Source: Candidatus Micrarchaeaceae archaeon
Lineage (GTDB): Archaea; Micrarchaeota; Micrarchaeia; Micrarchaeales; CABMGC01
Assembly (NCBI GenBank): GCA_038878295.1
Contig: JAVZVY010000001.1
Location: 32,001 to 96,000 of the forward strand
Length of the DNA stretch: 64,000 nucleotides
Direction: 5' to 3'
Every line of letters starts with the position of its first letter. The first letter of the stretch is position 1. Below the pieces are notes generated by a model. The model searched no databases and was not told where the DNA came from. It saw only the letters and a program-made list of their open reading frames with translations. A program made the translations under genes and the position numbers. This document shows, piece after piece, positions 47,143 through 56,705 of the stretch.

Positions 47143-48223
47143 CAGCCATCACCAAATCCAAGCTCCCAAGAATAGCGAAAAGATCCGCAAGCCTGTTTCC
47201 CTTTGCGAGATAAGGCAGCACAGAAAGGTTTATGAAAGGCGCAGACCTAAGCGCTATCCGGTAAGGCTTTTGCTTGTCAGTAACGAGGTAAGCCATTCCT
47301 TCGCCCCTCGGAAGCTCCCTGTATGAAATCGCAACTTGTTTCTTTGGGCTTGGTATTATCAGCTTTATTCTTGAACCCCGCGCGTCGCCTGCCGGAATCT
47401 TTTTGAGAGCTTCCCTGACCAGCTTGATGCTTTCTTTCATCTCCTTCATCCTTACCTTGTATCTTGCAAAAGAATCTCCAGCAATCTCAACTTGGGGTTC
47501 GAAATGCAATTTGCTGTAAACATAATATGGCCTTGCGCTTCTTACGTCGTATGCTACGCCAGAGCCTCTCAGCACAGGCCCTGTAACGCCGTATTCTATA
47601 GCATCCTTTCTGCTCAGTATGCCGACTTTTCGCGTCCTCTCCAAAAAAACCGGGTTCTTTTCCAGAAATTGCTCGTATTCTTTTATCTTTTTCTCAACCG
47701 AATCAAGAGTGGCTAAAGCATGCTCCTCAAACCCAGGAGGCAAATCGTACAGCACGCCACCAAGGCGGATGTTCACGTAGAACATCCTGCTTCCAGCGGC
47801 TTCTTCAAGCAGCGAAAGAACTTTGTCTCTTTCGCGCATCGTCCATATGAAAAGCGTGAACATCACTCCTATGTCGTTGGCCATTGTACCCAACCAAAGC
47901 AAGTGACTCGCGATTCTCTGAAGCTCGAGCATGATTACTCTTACGTACTGTGCCCTTTCGTTGACGCTGATGCCCATAGCGTCCTCAAGCGCTGCAACAT
48001 AAAGCTCAGGGTAAGCCATTGGCGCCGCATAGTCTATCTTTTCCAAGTAGACTATGTTCTGCATGTACATTCTGTTTTCCATGAGCTTCTCCACACCCCT
48101 GTGAAGGAAGCCTATATGCGGTTCGACGTTGACTATCGTGTCGCCGTCTACGTCAACTACGAGCCTGAGCACTCCGTGCGTGCTCGGGTGCACGGGGCCG
48201 ATGTTGATTCTTGTAACGGTCAT
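47129..48223 (-). CDS. nuoD: Complex I subunit D
   Basis: NIGPVHPSTHGVLRL, GFLHRGVEK and DLVMADVDR; no NiFe CxxC motifs. Confidence 0.94.
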   Translation of the reverse strand: MTVTRINIGPVHPSTHGVLRLVVDVDGDTIVNVEPHIGFLHRGVEKLMENRMYMQNIVYLEKIDYAAPMAYPELYVAALEDAMGISVNERAQYVRVIMLELQRIASHLLWLGTMANDIGVMFTLFIWTMRERDKVLSLLEEAAGSRMFYVNIRLGGVLYDLPPGFEEHALATLDSVEKKIKEYEQFLEKNPVFLERTRKVGILSRKDAIEYGVTGPVLRGSGVAYDVRSARPYYVYSKLHFEPQVEIAGDSFARYKVRMKEMKESIKLVREALKKIPAGDARGSRIKLIIPSPKKQVAISYRELPRGEGMAYLVTDKQKPYRIALRSAPFINLSVLPYLAKGNRLADLFAILGSLDLVMADVDR

Positions 48224-48227
48224 TTGC

Positions 48228-48590
48228 TCAAACCCTGTATTTAGAGCCCCAAGCAAAGCTTTTTCTAAGCGGGGCATCGACGCCATCCCACTTTTCGAGC
48301 AGAAGGCGCTTTGTATTTCTGCCTTCTATCAATATGCCGAACATTTCGTGCAGCTCTCTTTCATACCAGTCAGCGGCTTTGTAAATTGGCACTATCGTAG
48401 GCACGGAAAGGTCTTCGTTTGGCAAATCTACTTCAACGATTTCATCCTTTCTCTTTTCTATGTCTCTCAGGAAATACAATACCTGGACATGATCTTGATA
48501 ATCAACTGCGGTTATCTTGACTAGGTATGAGAAGCCTTTGGCTTTAAGCTCATTTATGGCTTCTATAACATTGCCTCTTTCAACTTTCAT
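48228..48590 (-). CDS. nuoC: Complex I subunit C
   Basis: [20 protein letters not shown] and PLRK. Confidence 0.92.
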   Translation of the reverse strand: MKVERGNVIEAINELKAKGFSYLVKITAVDYQDHVQVLYFLRDIEKRKDEIVEVDLPNEDLSVPTIVPIYKAADWYERELHEMFGILIEGRNTKRLLLEKWDGVDAPLRKSFAWGSKYRV

Positions 48591-49134
48591 TCCTCTTCAC
48601 CTTTTCCTGAAGCTTCATCAGGGCTTCGAACAGATTCTCAGGCCTTGGCGGACAGCCGCCTACATAAACGTCAACTGGGAGAATCTGGTCTATACCTTCT
48701 ATTATATTGTAGCTTTCGAACCATGGCCCTCCAGAGGTGGCGCATTCGCCGTATGCTATCACATATTTTGGGCTAGACATCTGCTCGTAAAGCCGTTTCA
48801 TTTCAGGCGCCACAGATTTTGTTACCCAGCCTGCAACTATCATGACATCGCACTGCCTAGGGCTTGCCCTGAATAGAAGGTAGCCCTTGCGCTCGGCATC
48901 AATCCTTGCTGAGCCGAAGTCCATAAGCTCCATGGCGCAGCATGCGAGCCCGAACTGCATGGGCCAGAGAGAATTCGACCTCGCCCAGTTTAGAGGACCG
49001 CTTGCCGCAGCTTTTGCAAAATCAGAAAGCTTCAAGAAGAATGCGCTCTTTTTTGGTTTGTATGTCTTGAGAGATTCCAGCACGAGCCTGTCCATCTCCT
49101 GTTTCGCATTTTCGAATCTTGTCTCTTCGTCCAT
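48580..49134 (-). CDS. nuoB: Complex I subunit B
   Basis: [22 protein letters not shown] and GCPPRPE. Confidence 0.94.
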   Translation of the reverse strand: MDEETRFENAKQEMDRLVLESLKTYKPKKSAFFLKLSDFAKAAASGPLNWARSNSLWPMQFGLACCAMELMDFGSARIDAERKGYLLFRASPRQCDVMIVAGWVTKSVAPEMKRLYEQMSSPKYVIAYGECATSGGPWFESYNIIEGIDQILPVDVYVGGCPPRPENLFEALMKLQEKVKRNES

Positions 49135-49139
49135 TTATG

Positions 49140-49496
49140 TCACCTCTCGCGCATATGAGCGATTGCCATGGCTAACACTGAAAAAAATGCGGCCATGATC
49201 AGAAGGGCTATAACAGCAATGCCGTCCGCAAAGGTCATGCTTCTTGCTATAGACGCCCAGATAAGCGTTACAATGGCCACTATTTCAAAGCCGAGAAATA
49301 CTGGAAAGTAATGGGCGTATTCGAAAGGCATGCTTACGGTTTCGCCTATGCTTCCTTCTGCACTCTCGTAGCTCGAGTTCTTTACGGGATTGCCTTCGCT
49401 CTCACGCCTTACAAGTTTTGAAAACAGGAGCAATGCGAATATTACCGCAAATGAACAAACAGCCATGACCGCAACTGCGAGGTAGCTATTTATCAT
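49140..49496 (-). CDS. nuoA: Complex I subunit A
   Basis: 3 TM, K.SSYES and FLGFE; first gene of the operon. Confidence 0.85.
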   Translation of the reverse strand: MINSYLAVAVMAVCSFAVIFALLLFSKLVRRESEGNPVKNSSYESAEGSIGETVSMPFEYAHYFPVFLGFEIVAIVTLIWASIARSMTFADGIAVIALLIMAAFFSVLAMAIAHMRER

Positions 49497-49505
49497 GGTT
49501 CTAAT

Positions 49506-49829
49506 ATGGGAATATACTTATTTAAATTTGCCATGAATCAAGATAGTAATGGGTGCACTTTCGTGCTTTTGAGCAAAGAAGCGGAATATGCACTGAAAAA
49601 CAGAAGTATAAAGATAAGGGTCAAGAGAAGCGGCATATTCCAGCAAATCACATTCAACGTTAGAAGAGTAAATGAGGCAAACATTGTGTTTACCGAGCTC
49701 TTTACTGAAAGGATTATAGATACCTCGGAGCTGCTGAGAGTCGCAAAGGAGATTGGACTTCCTGTAGAAGCGCCGAATGGCAGGGCTTTTCCTCCAGGCA
49801 CTTCGGCTAGCGATTTTGTGGCTATTTAG
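49506..49829 (+). CDS. Hypothetical protein (start may be ATG 49533)
   Basis: Globular-looking ORF divergent from nuoA. Confidence 0.65.
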   Translation: MGIYLFKFAMNQDSNGCTFVLLSKEAEYALKNRSIKIRVKRSGIFQQITFNVRRVNEANIVFTELFTERIIDTSELLRVAKEIGLPVEAPNGRAFPPGTSASDFVAI

Positions 49830-49981
49830 CTGCTCATTTGATGCTTGCCCGCTTTGCACGCTGTGCAGATACCAAGTTTTGAATCGAAATGATCGTCGCA
49901 AACACGCCTGCCGCAAAGCCTGCAGGTATGCTTTGCTGGTTTAATATGGCAGATGTCGCAGAGCACGCCGAGGTCACTCAT
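49826..49981 (-). CDS. Small Cys/His-rich zinc-finger protein, 51 aa (not in ORF track)
   Basis: MSDLGVLCDICHIKPAKHTCRLCGRRVCDDHFDSKLGICTACKAGKHQMSS*; ATGA overlap with the priL stop. Confidence 0.85.
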   Translation of the reverse strand: MSDLGVLCDICHIKPAKHTCRLCGRRVCDDHFDSKLGICTACKAGKHQMSS

Positions 49982-50925
49982 TTTGTATCACCAAACATGT
50001 CGCCCAGTAGCTCTTTCGCCCTTTTCAGCGAAAGGGGCTTCAGGCCACGCTTCTTCGAATAGGAGCATTGGTATTTTATGTAGCTTTCTGTTATGTTTGT
50101 ATTAGGATTAAGCTCCTTGCACCTTTCTATGTACTTGCTTATTATCTCTGCGGCCTGTTCCTCGCTAAGTCTCTTCACGTTCACGAGATAAGGGGCGAGC
50201 ACTATGTTAACTATCCTGTGCCTGAAATCAGGAAGCGGTGTATTGAGCAGGCGCTCTATCCATGCATATCTGCCTGATTGCACCGAAGCAACCGGCTGAT
50301 TGGCTACCGTTTCCAAAGCAATTTTACTTATCGATTTTGATGCGTTGACAACTTCTTTAGGAATGCTTTTTTGGGGGATGGGCATGTTTTCCAGCATTTT
50401 ATCCATAATCCTAATGCGCAGCAATTTCGCAAGTGCAGGTTTATCTAAGATCACCTTGCCATTTGAGAGCATTTGATGCACTAAGGAAATTGAATCGTCG
50501 CGCTTTGATATCTCTATGTATTCGTAAAAAGGCATCTCGAAGTAAGTATGCCCGGTATAGGTGCCTTTGCTTATGTGCACTCCGAGTTCCTCAGAAAGAT
50601 GCATGATGTTTTCTTCGCTTTCTTCCATCATGGCTGCATATGAACGTTCGGCTTCGAATGCAGCTAGTTTCTTTACTGCATACATGCCCAATGAGCTGGC
50701 TATCATGCGCGCATAGACGTAGCTTATCACATATGCGCTTTTTATTTCGTTGTATGATGTTTTTGTATATTCTGGATTCTGGCCATTCAATGCATTCTCT
50801 ACTTCTATTGTACCGAGCTTCAAATGCTCTGGATTAATCCTGTTTATACCAAGGCTTTCTATTAGCGCTTTGGCCTCTTCTGAAAATGGGTATTTGTATG
50901 CGAATTCTATAGCTTCGTTGTCCAT
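49978..50925 (-). CDS. priL: DNA primase large subunit N-terminal domain plus a PriX-like C-terminal domain
   Basis: YKYPFSEEAK, ISYVYAR, AAFEAER and LSNGKVIL are PriL-like. The C-terminus reads WIERLLNTPLPDFRHRIVNIVLAPYLVNVK...YIKYQ...GLKPLS. Confidence 0.8.
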   Translation of the reverse strand: MDNEAIEFAYKYPFSEEAKALIESLGINRINPEHLKLGTIEVENALNGQNPEYTKTSYNEIKSAYVISYVYARMIASSLGMYAVKKLAAFEAERSYAAMMEESEENIMHLSEELGVHISKGTYTGHTYFEMPFYEYIEISKRDDSISLVHQMLSNGKVILDKPALAKLLRIRIMDKMLENMPIPQKSIPKEVVNASKSISKIALETVANQPVASVQSGRYAWIERLLNTPLPDFRHRIVNIVLAPYLVNVKRLSEEQAAEIISKYIERCKELNPNTNITESYIKYQCSYSKKRGLKPLSLKRAKELLGDMFGDTK

Positions 50926-50950
50926 CTATATCAAATCAGTAGAGGCGCAT

Positions 50951-51691
50951 TCAGCCAATAAACGTATCGAATACTTTTTTGTATGTATCCACAGTGCCTA
51001 TGTCAAACCATCTTCCTTTGTATATGTAGCCTAGAACTTCAGTGTTTTTTATGAGCCACTCGATAAAGTTTCCTATGCCGTCGCTGTTTGCCGAATTCTT
51101 TAGGTACAGGCCTATATATTTTATGCTATCTTTTGGAAATACGTATATTCCTGTGCTTATAAGCGTTGATTCTGGTTTTAGAGGTTTCTCAGCAAATGAT
51201 GAGATTTTTTCGCCGTCAAGCTTGACGACACCAAACCTTTTTGCATCTTCTACAGATCCTATGTCGTAGAGGGCTATTGTAGGCTTTCTGCTCTTTTCGG
51301 AGAAAAGTATTGCGTCCTTCACAGAAAAATCATAAACGTTGTCTCCGGCTATAACTAAAAGATCATCGTTGATTTTTTCTTTTTCTATCGCGTATGCTAT
51401 GCCTTTTACGGCACCATACTTTTCAGCGTTGCTTTTGGAAGGTTCGACAACCATGCTAACCTTTATGCCAGGGCTGTTAATGCGAAGGCTTAGCCAGTAT
51501 TTGAATGCCCCTTCGAACTTAGAGTTTGTGCTTATTGTTATGTCGCTTATTCCAGATCTTATTACGTCATTAAGAATGTATTCTATTATTGGTTTACCTC
51601 CTGCACCTATTGGAAGGAGGGGCTTTGGTATGAAGTATGTTATTGGCTCTAGCCTCGTTGCGAAGCCGCCGCAAAGTATAAGGGCTTTCAT
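50951..51691 (-). CDS. Sugar-1-phosphate nucleotidyltransferase
   Basis: LILCGGFATRL..PKPLL, AGDN, EKP and WFDIGT. Confidence 0.92.
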   Translation of the reverse strand: MKALILCGGFATRLEPITYFIPKPLLPIGAGGKPIIEYILNDVIRSGISDITISTNSKFEGAFKYWLSLRINSPGIKVSMVVEPSKSNAEKYGAVKGIAYAIEKEKINDDLLVIAGDNVYDFSVKDAILFSEKSRKPTIALYDIGSVEDAKRFGVVKLDGEKISSFAEKPLKPESTLISTGIYVFPKDSIKYIGLYLKNSANSDGIGNFIEWLIKNTEVLGYIYKGRWFDIGTVDTYKKVFDTFIG

Positions 51692-51759
51692 TCAATCATT
51701 TTTTATAGCTGTCCTTTCTATTTAATGTGTTTTGCATTTTTAAGCTTTGTTGTGTGGTT

Positions 51760-52650
51760 ATGCCTAATACAATTGTCGCTGTGCCGTTGGATAAGAGGCT
51801 TGCTGAGTTCATAGGTAAAAAGGGTAGCGAAAACAGCATAACGTTTTATAATAGGCATACTGACAGCGGAGCCATAGTTGCGCTTATGCCAACCAGCATA
51901 GAAGAGAAATTTTATGCAGCTGCGGAGAGCATACTGGTTTCGAATGGTGTGATTTTAGGCACTGAGAATGTTAATGCGGTTTTTGGAGAGATGCTTGTTG
52001 CAGCATCGTTGGCAAAGAAACCAGTGATTTTTGTAGGCAATGATAAAGTAAGCGAATTGGCGAAAAACGCAAAAATAGAAAATTTTGCTTATGCCAGCTT
52101 GGAAAGCTTGATCGATGAAATTGAAAAACTCAAAATTCCAGAGGGTAGAGGCAAACGTATCGACATAGACAAGGCTTTCAAGGTTACTGGCGTAGGCACA
52201 GTTGCTTTGGGAGTTGTAACTTCTGGAAAGATAGCTGTCCATGACGAGCTTTACCATACTTCTGGAAAGAAGGTAACTGTAAAGTCTATACAGATTCAAG
52301 ATGAGGATAAGAGCGAAGCCGAGGCTGGATCCAGAGTCGGGCTGGCACTGAAGAACATAGAACCAGATGAGATAGAAAAGGGGGATTTGCTAACAGACAA
52401 AATTGTTGAAAGGCGTGATACGCTCAATGTGGAATTGAAGAAAAGCGAGTTCGGAAACGAAAGTATAGAAGAGGGAAAAACATTTATGTTTGCTTCGAAT
52501 TTCTCATATGCCAGCGTTTCAGTAAAGGAAGCAAGCGGGGATGGCGCAAAGCTGCAACTGGACAAGCCGCTGCCACTGATGCCTGGAGACAACTTCTTTC
52601 TGATAAGAGGAAAGGTGCCAAGGATATTTGCGTTCGGAAAAATCGTCTGA
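51760..52650 (+). CDS. SelB-like/EF-Tu-like protein with a degenerate G domain
   Basis: IGKKGSENSITFYN; IDKAFKVTGVGTVALG and KSIQ...GSRVGLALK (EF-Tu domain II). Confidence 0.82.
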   Translation: MPNTIVAVPLDKRLAEFIGKKGSENSITFYNRHTDSGAIVALMPTSIEEKFYAAAESILVSNGVILGTENVNAVFGEMLVAASLAKKPVIFVGNDKVSELAKNAKIENFAYASLESLIDEIEKLKIPEGRGKRIDIDKAFKVTGVGTVALGVVTSGKIAVHDELYHTSGKKVTVKSIQIQDEDKSEAEAGSRVGLALKNIEPDEIEKGDLLTDKIVERRDTLNVELKKSEFGNESIEEGKTFMFASNFSYASVSVKEASGDGAKLQLDKPLPLMPGDNFFLIRGKVPRIFAFGKIV

Positions 52651-52662
52651 TATCGTGAAACT

Positions 52663-53139
52663 ATGAAAAGATGCATAGTTGCCGGGGCTGTGGTCTTCAA
52701 TCCGAACGGAAGGCTGCTCCTAATCAGACATAGAAAACTTGGCATATGGGTTTATCCTGGCGGTCACCTGGAAGATGGCGAAAACCCAATGGAGTGCGCT
52801 AAAAGAGAAGTCAAGGAAGAAACCGGCATTGATATAAGGATTGTGGATCCTGTGCGCAGGCGGCGGATAAAATTTGATGGAGCTATAGTTGCGGAAAACC
52901 CGATGGCTGTAGTCATAGAAGATGTTCCCTACAAAACAGGCCATCACGAGCACTTTGACATAGTGTACCTCGCACTTTCGAAGGGGCCATGGAAAAACGC
53001 AAAGAATTCTGAGGGAAACAAAACGAGATGGCTTGGCAAAGAAGAGATAAAAAAACTAGAAACATTCGAAAATGTGAAATTCGTAATAAAAGAGGCATTC
53101 TCTAGCTACGAACGTTTTATGCGCTCACAGCCTAGTTAA
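52663..53139 (+). CDS. NUDIX hydrolase
   Basis: PGGHLEDGENPMECAKREVKEETG Nudix box. Confidence 0.93.
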   Translation: MKRCIVAGAVVFNPNGRLLLIRHRKLGIWVYPGGHLEDGENPMECAKREVKEETGIDIRIVDPVRRRRIKFDGAIVAENPMAVVIEDVPYKTGHHEHFDIVYLALSKGPWKNAKNSEGNKTRWLGKEEIKKLETFENVKFVIKEAFSSYERFMRSQPS

Positions 53140-54228
53140 CCACAGGAATTCAACAACAACCTCCACAACAATAAGGACTATTATTATCACTTCTAGGAGG
53201 TAGTTGGTTTCCTCTTGCACCATGTCCTCCACAAAACTTCTTATTTTCTCCAGCATTTCGAGGTTCTCGCTAAGCGAATTGTACCAGCTCTGCAGCCTGA
53301 AGCTCTCTGAGAAGAGGGAATAGAGCTTTGCAAGGTACCATTCGCCGAAGCCGTAGACTATGTTGTTTGCGCTGTTGACCATGTCCTTTGTTTCGTCGTA
53401 GAATTCGCCTATCTCGAGGCTGAGCCTGGCAAGGTTCTTCCTGGCCCCGAATATCTTAAATGGGTTCGACTTGACCGTGCTAGAAAACCTTTCGTTGACC
53501 GTCTTTATGCGCTTGCTTATGTCGTCATGGTAGGCCCTGAATTCGAGAAGCTGAATGTTCGCTATTTCTGCTATTAGAAGTTCGTGTTCGTAGTTTTTGC
53601 TCTCTGTTATGAATACTGTTGCGTCCCAATCTATTACGGCTATTTCGCTTTTGTAGTATGAGATGCGTTTTGAAATTGTGCTCCTGAGGTACGATTCTGA
53701 TATGTTTGCGTAGTTTTTATCTTCGAGAAGGAGGCCCGCAATAAGTCTCTTGTTCTTGCTGTAGAAAGACTCCTTGTCTGCGTCTATTACGTATATCCTG
53801 TAAGTCTCAAAGGCATCCTTGATTGTGGCATCTGCGGCTTTTTGTAGGGCTTTTTCGGTCCTTTGCTTCACATCTGATGCTATGCTTTTTATAGAATTAT
53901 TGAAGTCTTGGTCGAAGGTAAGGTCCTCCAGAAGCGCAGCATTGGCCCCGGGAACCTGTACTCTTATTCTTACTGAAAATGCGCCTATTTCATATATTGA
54001 TACTTCTCTTTTTACGGCAAGCTTTGTTGAGCCGAATGTTATCTCGGCTGCCTTGAGATTGAATATTGTAGGAATGTTGAATGTGGCTATTTCCTCAGGA
54101 ATGGCTTTTTCATGCTCATACGATGAAAAGTCCTCTGCGCCCTTGAATATATTCCTGACTTTGCTGGAATCCAGCTTTTTGCTCAAGTCGTATGCAAAAA
54201 GATATATTAGCTCGCTCATTTTGATCAC
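53125..54228 (-). CDS. Hypothetical protein, RMD1/DUF155- or CorA-like, with a C-terminal TM
   Basis: IANIQLLEFRAY, WYLAKLY and C-terminal LLEVIIIVLIVVE. Confidence 0.65.
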   Translation of the reverse strand: MIKMSELIYLFAYDLSKKLDSSKVRNIFKGAEDFSSYEHEKAIPEEIATFNIPTIFNLKAAEITFGSTKLAVKREVSIYEIGAFSVRIRVQVPGANAALLEDLTFDQDFNNSIKSIASDVKQRTEKALQKAADATIKDAFETYRIYVIDADKESFYSKNKRLIAGLLLEDKNYANISESYLRSTISKRISYYKSEIAVIDWDATVFITESKNYEHELLIAEIANIQLLEFRAYHDDISKRIKTVNERFSSTVKSNPFKIFGARKNLARLSLEIGEFYDETKDMVNSANNIVYGFGEWYLAKLYSLFSESFRLQSWYNSLSENLEMLEKIRSFVEDMVQEETNYLLEVIIIVLIVVEVVVEFLWLTRL

Positions 54229-54393
54229 CGACCGGGGCGCGCATCCGCTATGATAGGAATATGCACCGCAATCTATTAAATAGCTGATTGCACCGCGTGT
54301 ATAGCACGAACATAAACTTCCCCACGAACGTTCAACTCGCGAAGAGACCTACCGGTATCCCATAAAATAAACATTCTGAACGGCTTAAAATAA

Positions 54394-54586
54394 ATGATAG
54401 AATATCAAAAAACTTTAATAAACGCGCTCCTCGTAGTATTGGCATTTCCTTATGCGTTTACTGTGGTAGTTGCATTTTTTTGGCATTGACAATCCGCAAA
54501 GCACATTGCTACAACGTGCAATTGGCTTGCTAATTTCGTTATCACCTATCATTATGATTGTTATAGGACATGCTAGAAAAAGATGA
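54394..54586 (+). pseudogene. Possible frameshifted small 2-TM membrane protein
   Basis: Two hydrophobic half-ORFs are joined by removing one T from the T7 run at 54475-54481. Confidence 0.35.
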
Positions 54587-54736
54587 CTTTATGGGCAAAA
54601 TCTAACTTTCTGAGCATGTGATACTTTACGAACAAATACCGCAAGAGGTTATGCATAAATAAGTCAATGTTGTGGTATATGCAGAAGCATATAAAGGAAG
54701 GGAAGAGGATTAAGGTTTATGGGAAAGGATTTTGCC

Positions 54737-55054
54737 TTAGAACGTGATTATCTCATAGCCTTCCTCTATGCTTTTTCTTATATATTCTCCTACTGGAATC
54801 AATTCAATGTCGCTCGAAAGTTTTGCATCCAGATTGTACTTTTTTGCGGAGTTCACGCAGGCCTTCGGCTTGACTGTCGCGAACGAATTGTATTCCTTTC
54901 GCAGCTGGTCGTTTGCGGCTAAAGTCTTTTCGCTTGGCCCCCAGAATATTACCCGTATTTCGTTCCCAGCTTGCGACTGGTTCTTAATAAAATTCAGGGG
55001 CATCCTTATCTTTTCCTCTTCCTCGCTCATTACTATTAGCAATATTTTTACCAT
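54737..55054 (-). CDS. DsrE-like protein
   Basis: IRVIFWGPSEK, ACVNSA and C-terminal GYEIITF. Confidence 0.75.
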   Translation of the reverse strand: MVKILLIVMSEEEEKIRMPLNFIKNQSQAGNEIRVIFWGPSEKTLAANDQLRKEYNSFATVKPKACVNSAKKYNLDAKLSSDIELIPVGEYIRKSIEEGYEIITF

Positions 55055-55134
55055 ATTTACACACCGTATGTGCGTCGGCAAGGCTCGCTAGCAGCAAGAG
55101 CTGCCGGCAAGCGCCGCAGGCGCAGCTGTGGATT

Positions 55135-55455
55135 TTACCTCAGCCACAGCATGCCAACTACTTTCTTTCCCTGGGCCAGGTCAACCTTTACGCCGAACCT
55201 CCCGACCCAGTACGAAGCCACTTCCATCGATTTAGGGTCTTCTACATTGTCGAAGAGCTGGCCTACTACCTCGTCATTCAAGAGCAAAGGTATGTGCCTT
55301 ATGCCCCTCGGGTCAGTCCATGGCTCTCCTTTTTTCACTTTGGAGAGAAGCTCCTTGCTGTCTTTTTCTACTTGCTTTTCGTCCAGCTCCTCGTTATCTG
55401 AGCTGTAGTACCTTCCGTTCATCCATCTCCATCCGTATCCTCTCATTTTTATCAC
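55135..55455 (-). CDS. Hypothetical protein
   Basis: 106 aa, Trp/Gly-rich (WTDPRG...VVGMLWL); AGGTGA RBS. Confidence 0.7.
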   Translation of the reverse strand: MIKMRGYGWRWMNGRYYSSDNEELDEKQVEKDSKELLSKVKKGEPWTDPRGIRHIPLLLNDEVVGQLFDNVEDPKSMEVASYWVGRFGVKVDLAQGKKVVGMLWLR

Positions 55456-55462
55456 CTCAACA

Positions 55463-56689
55463 TTATTTTACGCTGCTTTCGGCCTGCTGCTTTGGTCTGA
55501 GAGCAAGCTCCCAGACGAAGAATATTGCCGTTATTGCAGCGAATATCCAGAGCGTTGTCGTGAAACCTAGGTATTTCACCGATGCCATGTAGCCAACGAG
55601 CGGCATGAGGATGGACATTATCATCATGCTAGAGCTGAAGAATGATGTTGATGTGCCTATTTCTTCAGGCTTGAACGTCGTATTGGCTATCTGCAGCCCG
55701 AGAGTCCATGCTATGCCATCTGGTATTGCGGCAATAAGGAATGCCAGAACAAAGAATATGACTGACACCGAGCTCAATGCAAGGAATATAGCCGCTGCAA
55801 GGGCTACACTAACAGCAAAGACCATGTACGGTCTCCTGTTCTGTATCGGCGATTTCAGCCTTATGATGAATCTCGTCACTACGTCGCCGACGAACATTAT
55901 GGCAAACAGGTAGAAGACAGTTGTTGCTGAAAGGCCAAGAACCCCGCCGTAGATCACTCCATATGAGAATATTATGTAGAAAGGTATTGTATAGGCGAAG
56001 GCGGCTATGACTGCCCAGTTGAACTGCCTGTTCTTGAACAAAGATGCTATGCTCGTGCTTCCCTTTTGCCCTTTTTCTTCCATGTACTTAAGAGAATATT
56101 TTCCTCTCAGTGACGCTACAAACGGTATTGCCACAAAGGCCATCACTGCAAATATCAGGAAGATTTCCTTGATTCCCAGATGCAGTATATAACCTGTAAC
56201 GAATGGGGCTATGATGAGCGCGAGTGCAACCCAGAATGAGAATGCGGCCTGCTCAACCTGCCTCTTCGACTGATCGATTGACGCCATTCCCGCCATTGTC
56301 ATGAACGAATCCATTACAAGGCCTGTTATGAAACCGTCAATGATCATAAGTGTATAGACCTCTGCGAAGCCCGACGCAAATATGTAGAGCGGCATCGTGA
56401 TTCCAAGAAGTGCAAGGGAAATTATCTCAACCCTTTTCAACTGGCTGGGCCTAAATTTCCTCATCAGAAATGCTGCAACTGCGAACGCCAGAGTAAAGAG
56501 CGCAAACCCTACTCCAACCTCGAACGAATTCATGCCGAACGCCAGTCCTAACGAGCCAATAGAGGTCTGATAGAACTGGAGCAGAAACCTGCCCATGAAT
56601 GCGGCTATGATTATCAGCCATGATGCTCCGCTTATGACACCAAAATCCAATCCAACTTTTCCAAGATTTTTCCCAACCACGCCAATCAC
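55463..56689 (-). CDS. MFS transporter
   Basis: About 12 TM segments in two halves with a hydrophilic central loop. Confidence 0.85.
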   Translation of the reverse strand: MIGVVGKNLGKVGLDFGVISGASWLIIIAAFMGRFLLQFYQTSIGSLGLAFGMNSFEVGVGFALFTLAFAVAAFLMRKFRPSQLKRVEIISLALLGITMPLYIFASGFAEVYTLMIIDGFITGLVMDSFMTMAGMASIDQSKRQVEQAAFSFWVALALIIAPFVTGYILHLGIKEIFLIFAVMAFVAIPFVASLRGKYSLKYMEEKGQKGSTSIASLFKNRQFNWAVIAAFAYTIPFYIIFSYGVIYGGVLGLSATTVFYLFAIMFVGDVVTRFIIRLKSPIQNRRPYMVFAVSVALAAAIFLALSSVSVIFFVLAFLIAAIPDGIAWTLGLQIANTTFKPEEIGTSTSFFSSSMMIMSILMPLVGYMASVKYLGFTTTLWIFAAITAIFFVWELALRPKQQAESSVK

Positions 56690-56705
56690 CTGACTAATCA
56701 GTCAG
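56690..56705. promoter_or_regulatory. Candidate TetR operator
   Basis: Inverted repeat CTGACT-AATC-AGTCAG abutting the MFS start; related sites at 56750-56763 and 56774-56787. Confidence 0.6.

Noticed and set aside
47129..49134. Group 4 [NiFe] hydrogenase
   Set aside because: The large subunit lacks both Ni-binding CxxC motifs and NuoB has the complex I CC motif.
51760..52650. Selenocysteine machinery
   Set aside because: The SelB-like protein lacks an intact G domain and C-terminal extension; the intron-containing tRNA at 29382-29505 has a TGA (Ser) anticodon, not TCA.
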